Part shown: positions 1 to 8,257 of the stretch, one piece after another
Numbering within the stretch: the first letter of the stretch is position 1
How the letters are laid out: each line of letters begins with the position of its first letter
Assembly: GCF_006345805.1 (NCBI RefSeq)
Contig: NW_021837009.1
Span: 1 to 23,252, forward strand
DNA: 23,252 nucleotides
Origin: Octopus sinensis
Lineage: Eukaryota
Reading direction: 5' to 3'
Notes under the pieces: generated by a model
What the model saw: only the letters and a program-made list of their open reading frames with translations
Database searches by the model: none
What the model was told of the DNA's origin: nothing
Made by a program: the position numbers and the translations under genes

Positions 1-652
1 ATGCCAGACACCCATACTAGCGAATCCAAAAATACGAATAGATCTATCATTCTCCCTGTCCACCCACGTGAGTCATAGAGCATTACATTCTAAGAGGTAA
101 AAACTGTAGTTCAAATTCTGGAGAGAAAGCATTATATTGTCATCAAAAAGGGGTAGAATTAATTAATTGTTAATAAATTCGACCAAGCAGTATTCGGTAT
201 GTAAAGACCATTTACGGTGTATTTGAAGTATTAATTTATAAAAATATGGTAAAGTATGCATTGTCTGGAGACTTATGGTAGAAATATGGTAGAGTATGCA
301 TTGTCTGGAGACTTTTATTTGCAGTTGAAGAAATAGCCATATTTTTGGCTGCTATTTCTGAAAAGTTCGGTGTGTGGTAAAGTGAATTTTTTTACTTTAC
401 CATATTTTTATAAATTAATACTTCAATACACCGTAATGGTCTTTACATACCGAATACTGCTTGGTCGAATTTATTACAATTAATTAATTCTACCCCCTTT
501 TTTGATGACATATAATGCTTTTTCTCTCCAAGAATTTGAACTACAGTTTTTACCTCTGTAGAAATGTAATGCTCTATGACTCACGTGGGTGGACAGGGAG
601 AATGATAGATCTCATTCGTATTTTTGGATTCGCTAGACTGGGTGTCTGGCAT
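1..652. repeat. Long inverted repeat (arms 1-256 and 393-652; may extend left of the window)
   Basis: 1-14 ATGCCAGACACCCA is the reverse complement of TGGGTGTCTGGCAT ending at 652; complementarity continues to 256/393. Arm differences are mostly 1-2 bp indels in or beside homopolymers. Confidence 0.95.
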
Positions 653-1031
653 GGTTGTCCGATGTTACAGATATCGGACGGGTATGTTTGATTCTTAGTA
701 TTTTCAAATCTAAATCAGAAAAAATCTCTGAGCTGATGAAGGAAAAGTGGCGTTTTAAACCCACAAATCCAGAAACAGACTGTCCTCGGGTATCGTATAT
801 GGATGTGATCTTTCATTGTTTTTCCCTTAACCTATGTGAGTTATTTTCTGAGTATGCATTGTCTGGAGACTTTATATTTGCAGTTGAAGAAATAGCCATA
901 TTTTTGGCTGCTATTTCTGAAAAGTTCGGTGTGTGGTAAAGTGAATTTTTTTACTTTACCATATTTTTATAAATTAATACTTCAAATACACCGTAAATGG
1001 TCTTTACATACCGAATACTGCTTGGTCGAAT

Positions 1032-1032
<1 letters not shown>
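292..1032 (+). repeat. Direct repeat with 558-bp period (unit 292-849; second copy 850-1032 truncated by a (TA)n tract)
   Basis: GAGTATGCATTGTCTGGAGACTTT...TACTGCTTGGTCGAATT occurs at 292-471 and again at 850-1032. Confidence 0.93.
727..790 (+). ncRNA. Type I hammerhead ribozyme, near intact; predicted cleavage after GUC (784)
   Basis: Stem I UCUGAG(727-732)/CUCGGG(785-790); core CUGAUGA 733-739; stem II GGA/UCC plus GUGG/CCAC; GAAA 772-775; palindromic stem III ACAG-A-CUGU (775-783); C17 at 784. Only oddity is A740 opposite A771. Confidence 0.85.
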
Positions 1033-1077
<45 letters not shown>

Positions 1078-1079
<2 letters not shown>

Positions 1080-1305
1080 CGTTTATATATTTGTTGTGCT
1101 GACGGTTAGTAAGGAGAGACACAAATAAGAAAGAAGAAAACAAGGACCACTGATGCAGTCACAGGAGTGTGACGAAAGAACTCTGGCCGAATAAGATTAA
1201 GATTAATGTAAAAAATAATAACACTGAATCAAAGTAACACCAATATATAGTGCGTGTGTTTTTATTGGCTAAACTGGCAAAATGACCATTCCGAAATATA
1301 ACAAC
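1078..1305 (+). mobile_element. Short hammerhead-bearing element between (TA)n tracts (Penelope-like/retrozyme-like relic)
   Basis: Non-repetitive segment bounded by (TA)n on both sides and containing the motif at 1145-1188. Confidence 0.55.
1145..1188 (+). ncRNA. Type I hammerhead motif with one core change (CUGAUGC)
   Basis: CCA(1147-49)/UGG(1184-86); CUGAUGC-A; perfect stem II GUCAC(1158-62)/GUGAC(1169-73); GAAAG-AA-CUC, C17 at 1183. Confidence 0.75.
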
Positions 1306-1464
1306 ATATATATAGGTATATATATATGTACATATATATATATATATATACTATATATAATATATATATATATATATAATATATATATACATATATTATA
1401 TATCATTGGTAAAAACGGTAAGATAACAAAAGAAAGAGACCTCAATATTATGTAAATAGAGATG

Positions 1465-1632
1465 TATCTGTAAAATTATATGTGACAATTATTCGGTAGC
1501 CAAGATAAAACTCTGAGTATCGGATGCCGAGGTGGAAATCCACAACGCCATCGTTGTGGATTTCTACCTTGGCATCCGAAACTCAGTTTTATCTTGGCTA
1601 CCGAATAATTGTCATATATTATTTTACAGATA
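1465..1632. repeat. Palindromic (MITE-like) segment, arms of about 82 bp around a 4-nt loop
   Basis: TATCTGTAAAAT...CACAACG-CCAT-CGTTGTG...ATTTTACAGATA with a few mismatches and a 2-bp indel; lies in an element flanked by (TA)n. Confidence 0.9.
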
Positions 1633-1654
1633 TATATATATATATGATATATTC

Positions 1655-2003
1655 ACTTGGCACTCCGTCGGTTGCGACGACGAGTGTTCCAGTTGATCCG
1701 ATCAACGGAACAGCCTGCTCGTGGAATTAACGTACAAGTATCTGAGCACCCCACAGACAAGTGTATCCTTAACGAGTTCTCAGGGAGATTCGGTGCGACA
1801 CAATCTATGACAAAGCTGGCCCCTTTGAAATACAGGTACAACGGAACCAGGAAGAAAGTGTGGGAGAAAGTTGTGGTGAAAGCGTACAGCAGGGTTCGCC
1901 ACCGCCCTCTGCTGGAGCCCCGGAGAGCTTCAGTTGTTTTCTCTCAATAAACACTCACAACGCCCAGTCTGGGAATCGAAAGCGCGATCCCACGACCGGG
2001 CCA
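1655..2003 (-). mobile_element. tRNA-derived SINE family B, head partly deleted
   Basis: Colinear with the fuller copy at 16729-17114; B-box remnant GGGAATCGAAAGC on + near 1972-1984. Confidence 0.85.
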
Positions 2004-2020
2004 TATATATATATATTATA

Positions 2021-2318
2021 TTAAATTAGAGACAAAACCACTATTAGGCAAATCATACAATGAAAAACTTAAGCCAATACATAAGATTATTTCATTTATA
2101 TTATTTAAATATGTAACAAAATTATTAAAAAAATATAATAATATCACACTATGATCGTTTCATGGCTGTTAATTTCTTTAAATTTTCAAGTTACAGTCAT
2201 TCATCAGGTGGTTTAAATATTTATCTTGGCGAGGTGTAAACCTCGCCAAGATAAATAGAAAATCTGAAGATCTAATAACATGCTGATCGTTTGTCACCTT
2301 TTCAATTTTTCCTACATG
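2021..2318 (-). mobile_element. Short hammerhead-bearing element between (TA)n tracts
   Basis: TA-flanked AT-rich segment containing the motif at 2147-2211 and a perfect 18-bp hairpin at 2218-2257. Confidence 0.55.
2147..2211 (-). ncRNA. Type I hammerhead motif with long stem II
   Basis: Minus strand: CCAC-CUGAUGA-AUGACUGUAA...UUAACAGCCAU-GAAAC-GAUC-AUA-GUG. Stem I CAC/GUG; stem III is one transition away from the palindrome ACGAUCGU. Confidence 0.75.
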
Positions 2319-2396
2319 TATATATATATATATACACTGTATACACATATGTGTGCTTTGGTGTATTTTTTCATTCTTTCGACATTTTCCTTTCTC

Positions 2397-2433
2397 CTTT
2401 TCCGACGAAGTGTTTCGTTTGAAACGTGAAAAG
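2397..2433 (+). ncRNA. Decayed minimal type I hammerhead motif
   Basis: CUUUU-CCGACGA-A-GUGUUUCGUUU-GAAACGU-G-AAAAG: perfect 5-bp stem I, but U4>C, weak stem II and G at position 17; probably inactive. Confidence 0.55.
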
Positions 2434-2475
2434 CTCCCACTTTCTACAGAGCCTCAAGCTTATACATATACATAT

Positions 2476-2600
2476 ACGGCAGGATTCTTTCAGTTTCCGT
2501 CTATCAAATCCACCTCGTCGGTCCTAGACCGCAGCAGAAGCCACTTGTCCACGTTGCCTCGCAGTGGGTCCGAACCCGGAAATATGTGGTTGTTTATGCC
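2476..2600 (-). mobile_element. SINE family C, degraded 5' half
   Basis: Reverse complement aligns to 19650-19785 (AACCACAT..TCCGGGTTC..GGATTTG.TAGACGGAAACTGAAAGAA). Confidence 0.75.
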
Positions 2601-3243
2601 TAAATACGATATTTTCTAATGAGTATAATTCTCCTAAAATATTGTTTACCACATGGCTTTGGACATAGCAGTTTTGTTTTGGATGTAAACCGGTTATCAT
2701 ATACGACTAGGGAAAGACCGAAAGGTATAGAGAAAAACATGGCCCCGCTCACACAACGACGCACACAGTTCCATGTACAGATTCAGCGGGTGGAGATAGA
2801 GGTGGCGGGTGAAAGAAATTGGTATGGAAACTAAAAAAGAAAAATGCTTTAGGAAAGATATTAATAGAATCTATATATGCATAATATATTGTCAGGAACA
2901 TCAATACTGTAACGTATCGATCGGTAGACAATACATATTTGTTAGGAAAATAATGTGACAGATATATATATAATAATTTTGTGTGCGTGTGCACGTGTGT
3001 GTTTTGGTGTGAATGTGTGTCTATATCTAACTATCTATATATCTAAGTATCTATTTAGCCATGTATCTACCCTCTCTTTCTCTCTCCTACTATCTCTCTC
3101 CATACGCATACACACACACACACACACATCTACCCCTACAGATACATTTCTACATATACGCGCATGTCTTTTTATGAATCAACTTTGTATGCGTATAGAT
3201 ATGTATGTATGAATATGTAGTGTTTATACATACGTAGGTATGC

Positions 3244-3288
<45 letters not shown>

Positions 3289-3300
3289 TGTTTGTGTGTC

Positions 3301-3591
3301 TGGAAAAAATAATTTTTATTAAAACATTTTAGTACCGGTTTCTGTCATTGAGACTTTTTCAACTGTAACAATTAAACAATTAAATTTTAGAAGAATTATA
3401 TGAAAAGTATTTTAAAAGAATATTTGCATAGTATTCAATACAGGGACATTTTCCTTGTTTCTGCCTGTCTCTGTCTCTCTTGTTTACTCTTGTGGGTGAG
3501 GATTTCTTCTCTGCTAAGAATTCACAACGACCTCGGACCCACCTCGTTGTACCTATTTCCTACTTATAATTCTACCTTTAAAACTGCTTTA

Positions 3592-3595
<4 letters not shown>
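3301..3595 (-). mobile_element. Short hammerhead-bearing element, copy 1 of the U3-A8 family
   Basis: 3301-3494 is homologous to 6919-7140; microsatellite-flanked; hammerhead at 3327-3368. Confidence 0.75.
3327..3368 (-). ncRNA. Type I hammerhead, U3-A8 variant (partly decayed)
   Basis: Minus strand UUACAG-UUGAAAA-A-GUC-UCAAU-GAC-A-GAAACCGGUA-CUAAAA. Confidence 0.7.
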
Positions 3596-3656
<61 letters not shown>

Positions 3657-3757
3657 ATATATATTATATGTATATATATGTATATGTATATACATGTATG
3701 TATATGTATATACCACTACACATTCTATATTCTCTCTCCTTGTTTCTTCCTGTGTTA

Positions 3758-3793
3758 CTTTCTATGGAAGGACGTAGGCTCGAAACGTTGAAG
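3758..3793 (+). ncRNA. Decayed minimal type I hammerhead motif inside a TA-flanked element (about 3712-3884)
   Basis: CUUU-CUAUGGA-A-GGAC-GUAG-GCUC-GAAACGU-U-GAAG; stem I CUUU/GAAG, but the core deviates at positions 5 and 6. Confidence 0.5.
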
Positions 3794-3892
3794 ACGTTTT
3801 CACTTCCAGAGCGTTAAACTAATATGTTTGTTGTCTACACCACCTGTCTTCGTATTTTGTTTTTTATTTGTAAATTCTCCCCCATATGTAAG

Positions 3893-3896
3893 TATG

Positions 3897-3941
<45 letters not shown>

Positions 3942-4091
3942 GTATATATATGTATATATATTTGTATATGTATATATATGTATATATATATATATGCATA
4001 TATATATTTTATCTATATATATATGTATTTGTATGAATAGATTATATATATGTATATATGTATATATATGTATATATGTATATAATGTATG

Positions 4092-4123
<32 letters not shown>

Positions 4124-4166
4124 ATATATAATATATATATATATACATATATATAAATATATACAT

Positions 4167-4219
<53 letters not shown>

Positions 4220-4250
4220 GTATTTGCATCATATATACTGTGTGTGTGAG
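3893..4250. repeat. Compound (TA)n/(TG)n/(TATG)n microsatellite field
   Basis: Read directly; similar fields at 1033-1077, 1306-1404, 3247-3285, 3594-3711 and 5292-5440. Confidence 0.95.
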
Positions 4251-4302
4251 AGAGAGAAGGGGAAAAGAGGGGAGATAGCGAGGGAGGGAGTCAGTCGAAA
4301 AC

Positions 4303-4800
4303 CTTATACGTTCTACCGTAATTCCAGCTACTGCTCTGCATATCTTGAACCGTCTTTTGCTGTCTACATTTGATTTCCGTTACAGTTTACTAAGATTTCA
4401 ACAATAGCTTCTAACTTCGTTAAATATTTCCTTACTCTTAACCACACCTATTCAAAACTAAATATTTTATCTTATTTCCGTTTGATATTTAGACGAATTC
4501 TTTTCCCTCTACATTATTTGCAGCACTCAAGTATTTAAACCACAGAATTATCTCCCTTTATATTTGAGTTTCCTCGCGGAATTTACAAAGCAGCGATGAA
4601 ACTTTTTTTTTTGTCTTTCAATTAATTATTCTTGATATTTTATTCGTATAAATAACTCCACCTTTATCATTTAATTCAGCTCATTCTGAACGATTTCCAA
4701 CTACTTCTGCCAACGCATATTTCTTACCATTTAAAAATCCGCCCGTCTTTAATAGAGCATTTCCGTTTCATCATCTTATCCACCACCCTTGGCTTTCACA
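4303..4800 (-). mobile_element. Heavily decayed LINE reverse transcriptase fragment, probably RTE clade
   Basis: Minus-strand translation gives, in expected order, IN*KTK, KGEIILWFKYLS (FKYLG motif, 4525-4539) and [12 protein letters not shown] (like RRVAGxTxxDRIR), with stops and frameshifts. Confidence 0.6.
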
Positions 4801-5094
4801 ATGTACATTATACATTACACATCCAACATTGTCATCATGACATTTTGCCTCCTAACAAATTCCCTCACAGCTTTCAGTAATAACTTCAAACATTAACCGC
4901 AAAACCACACCTCTATTACTTTAAATACTGTATATTTTATTTTACTATTTAAACCAATTAAAATTCTCCATTATTTGATGTTTTCATTAGCTCATAGTCG
5001 GCCGTTTCCCGGCCTAAAACTCACGTTTACATTCAAATGGTTGCCATGTTAATGCTCGGTTTCACACTCACTATATCCCCCCCTCTTGCTTATT

Positions 5095-5290
5095 GCAGTC
5101 ATTACACTGCGGCGATGCTGGAGCAGTGCCTTGAAAAACTTTTAGTCAAATGTATCGACTGTACACTGGTATTTATTCTATCGGTTTCTTTTGCAGAACT
5201 GCTAAGTTACGGGGACGTAAACACACTAGCACCGGTCGTCAAGCGGTGCTGGAGGAGAAACTTTGACACAAAAGACACACAAACACAATA
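5095..5290 (-). mobile_element. SINE family C, 3' half
   Basis: Reverse complement matches 19835-19990 (GCTTGACGACCGGTGCTAGTGTGTTTACGTCCCCGTAACTTAGC...CTCCAGCATCGCCGCAG). Confidence 0.85.
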
Positions 5291-5319
5291 TTTATATATA
5301 TACATACATACATACATAC

Positions 5320-5351
<32 letters not shown>

Positions 5352-5373
5352 CTATATATATATATAATATATC

Positions 5374-5407
<34 letters not shown>

Positions 5408-5445
5408 ATATATATAATATATATATATAATATATGAATATATCA

Positions 5446-5670
5446 GTGAGCTGGCAGAAACATTAGCACGCCGGGCGAAATGTCTAGCCGTATTCGTCTG
5501 CCGTTACGTTGTGAGGTCAAATTCCATTGAGGTCGACTTTGACTATCGTCCTTTCGGGGTCGATAAATTAAGTACCAGTTACGCACTGGGGGTCGATGTA
5601 ATCGACTTAATCCCTTTGTCGGTCCATGTTTGTCCTCTCTATGATTAGCCCCTTCTGGGCAATAGAGAAA
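5446..5670 (+). mobile_element. tRNA-derived SINE family A, inserted in (TA)n
   Basis: Head GTGAGCTGGCAGAAAC, B-box-like GAGGTCAAATTCC, conserved block CCTTTCGGGGTCGATAAATTAAGTACCAG shared with four other copies in the window. Confidence 0.9.
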
Positions 5671-5781
5671 TATATATATATATATATATTTATTTTGCTT
5701 TTCAAAATGTAACCACAGGTGGATCGTAGGCGATTTTTTCCCTCCGTCTTTCTTTTTCTTTTGGACTTTCCTGTGACTCCC

Positions 5782-5817
5782 GATTCTGAAGAAGAGCTTT
5801 GCTTGAAACATAAAACC
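5782..5817 (+). ncRNA. Minimal type I hammerhead motif (decayed) in an element at about 5690-5915
   Basis: GAUU-CUGAAGA-A-GAGC-UUU-GCUU-GAAAC-AUA-AAACC; intact core; TGAAACAT is consistent with CpG decay of CGAAACGT. Confidence 0.65.
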
Positions 5818-5914
5818 AGCTTTTCTCCCTTCACTGAGCGTCTGCTAATACTTTTCATGTACCATATCCTCGCGTTGTTGTTTTTTGTGTTTGTTCTTCG
5901 GTTTTTCGGCTTTA

Positions 5915-5915
<1 letters not shown>

Positions 5916-5970
<55 letters not shown>
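5916..5970. repeat. (CA)n microsatellite
   Basis: Read directly. Confidence 0.98.
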
Positions 5971-5973
<3 letters not shown>

Positions 5974-6117
5974 ATATATACTTACATACGTGAATATATA
6001 AACTCTATACATCTATAACGTATACATATAAGTTTGTAGATATTTACGTCTACATATATGGAAATATAATAAGCGCACAAATACAAATATAATTATGCAT
6101 AGATTTGTACATATATT

Positions 6118-6240
6118 TGCAGGTGTGGCTTTGTACTAAGTGACTAGCTCCCTAACCGCATGCCTCCGGGTTCAATCCCACTGCATGGAACCTTGGCAAT
6201 GTATCTTCTATTATCTTCTATCATAGCCACGAACAAACCA
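6118..6240 (+). mobile_element. SINE family C, degraded 5' head
   Basis: GCAGGTGTGGCT..TAAG..CCGGGTTCAATCCCACTGCATGGAACCTTGGCAATGTATCTTCT aligns to 19623-19715. Confidence 0.7.
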
Positions 6241-6637
6241 AAGATCCTGGAAGGTATTGTGCCAAATTTTGTCATTGAAAGCTACACAAATACGAGAACG
6301 GATTGTCACTGCACAGTGCCAAAGATCCCAGCAATGCCATCGCGCTTCAGGACCAGTTACTGCAGCATCCTAGGTTTTAGGGGCCCACAGGTTTTTAATA
6401 TTCTCCCAAGGGACCTCCACAAAGTGGATGTAGGCGTTTTCAAATAAAAACTGGATATCTTCCTGTCGAGAGTCCCAGATGAACCTACCTCGAGGCAGGG
6501 GGTGCAAATGAGAGGAGCGGCATCAAACTCCCTAATTCACCAAATTCCACATATTAGAGGAGGCTCTCAATAATAACAGTGTAGCAAAACGGCGGTGCCC
6601 CAACATGGTCACAGCTTTGAGAGGAAATAAATAGAAT
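6241..6637 (+). mobile_element. LINE 3' end (CR1/L2-group ORF2 C-terminus plus 3' UTR), pseudogenised
   Basis: KILEGIVPN...GPQVFNILPRDL..VFK*KLDIFLSRVPDEP...AASNSLIHQ reads in one frame 6241-6573 with one internal stop; resembles invertebrate CR1/L2-like ORF2 termini. Confidence 0.8.
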
Positions 6638-6876
6638 ATATACATATATATATATATTATATACACACACTCACGTTGTTGTTTTTTTTCTTAGTTTCTT
6701 TGGGGATTAACTGTACATACACACACACATATATATATATATATGCACACAAACACACTGAGCAAATACACACATACACAGCTATATATATATATGTGTG
6801 TGTGTTATGTATATATATATATATTATACATATATTTGTACATGTATTGATGTCTATATATAGTCATATTTGTACA

Positions 6877-6916
<40 letters not shown>

Positions 6917-6918
6917 CA

Positions 6919-7140
6919 TGGAAAAACAAGTCAAGATAGAAAATGTTAAAATAATTTTATAAAGCACATTTCAGTACCGGTTTCGGTAATTTGAGACCTT
7001 TTCAACTGTAACAATTAAAAAATTAAATTTAGAAAAATTAAAAGAAAAGTATTTTTTAAAAGAACATTTGTATAGTGTTCAAATATAAGTGGCATTTTCC
7101 TTGTTTCTGCCTTTCTCTGTCTCTCTTGTTTACTCTTGTG
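6919..7140 (-). mobile_element. Short hammerhead-bearing element, copy 2 of the U3-A8 family
   Basis: Homologous to 3301-3494; TA-type repeats on both sides. Confidence 0.75.
6969..7011 (-). ncRNA. Type I hammerhead, U3-A8 variant, structurally complete; predicted cleavage after GUA (6975)
   Basis: Minus strand UUACAG-UUGAAAA-GGU-CUCAAAUU-ACC-GAAACCGGUA-CUGAAA: stem I CAG/CUG, stem II GGU/ACC, palindromic stem III ACCGGU. Confidence 0.78.
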
Positions 7141-7739
7141 TGTTCAAGGTCCATATATACATACATACATACATATACATGCGTGTGGTTGTATAAGTTT
7201 GCGAGTGAGCGTGTGTTTGTTTTGATAAATTTAACTTTCAACACCAATAAGCAGTTGAAAGAATGCGCTTTTTGCATTTAATATCACATGAGCTTTCGTT
7301 AAAACCTTTAGTCTTTTGAGATTTTGGCAAAAGTTTTGACCTATTTCCATGTTTGTCGATTTAAATTCTGAGAAAGAAGGAATTGTGGCGGCGGGGTATG
7401 GCGGCGTTGCTGGCTTTAAAGTCAGGCAGAATACAAGAGAAATAATAAGCAGACAATAGGAACAACATTGACAAAACATCGATTGATTGAATATCGATTT
7501 TATAGTCTCCATGATAAAGCTATTGGTGTACGGATTCCAGTTGACAACGATATTGGATTAACTCGGCATTGTTTTTTTAAAACCTGGAGATTATCGATAG
7601 AGTGGGGAATTGGAGATGAGAGTGTTAATCCGGACGAAAATGCTAGTATGACGATGATCCTGACGATGCGGACGACGTTGATAACAACAAAGATGATGAC
7701 AACGAAGACCGACGGCGAAGATGATAACGATGCTGAGGA

Positions 7740-7770
<31 letters not shown>

Positions 7771-7874
7771 AAGGAAACGAAAATGTGGAAAAGACGATAT
7801 GCTCTGAAACTCAAGATTGCATACATGCAATCTTCTCTTACTTAAAAAATGCAATAGTAATAATGATGATGATG

Positions 7875-7905
<31 letters not shown>

Positions 7906-8034
7906 TAAAAATAAAAATAATAATAATAATACTAATAATAATAAATAATAAATTATGTACGCGCGCGCGCGTGCATGTAACTATACTTGTATATACATGT
8001 GCATGGATATATATATATATATATATACATACAT

Positions 8035-8065
<31 letters not shown>

Positions 8066-8112
8066 AGCAAAAATGCTAGTTCTAAAATCTCTCTAATAAT
8101 AATAATAATAAT

Positions 8113-8257
8113 AAAACATTCTCGAGAACAACGCTATGTACAAAACCAAATATATGGCAACCTGGCAATAACACCAACTTGAACTTCCAACTTGGTGTCT
8201 CTTGAGGTCTTTGGGTGAGATTGGAGCCAACTTGTACAAAGTAAGCAAAAGTCAAAA
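8113..8257 (+). mobile_element. Probable LINE 3' UTR remnant between (TAA)n tracts
   Basis: Bounded by (AAT)n on both sides; GGTGTCTCTTGAGGTCTTTGGGTGAGA resembles 3' ends of RLE-type (R4/Dong-like) LINEs, from memory only. Confidence 0.45.

Noticed and set aside
655-939. 94-aa ORF in the 558-bp unit
   Set aside because: Non-ATG start, no recognisable motif, and it overlaps the hammerhead and repeat junction; better explained as non-coding.
1657-1950. 97-aa ORF MALRRLRRR..., echoed at 16579-16770
   Set aside because: Read-through of SINE family B antisense strand; the second copy is not open in the same way.
7231-7512. 93-aa minus-strand ORF with a hydrophobic, signal-peptide-like stretch in unique sequence
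   Set aside because: No recognisable family or convincing splice context; length is within chance expectation. RNA-seq or tBLASTn would be needed to revive it.
7468-7845. 125-aa ORF with poly-D/G
   Set aside because: Non-ATG start, and the second half is GAT/GGT repeat.
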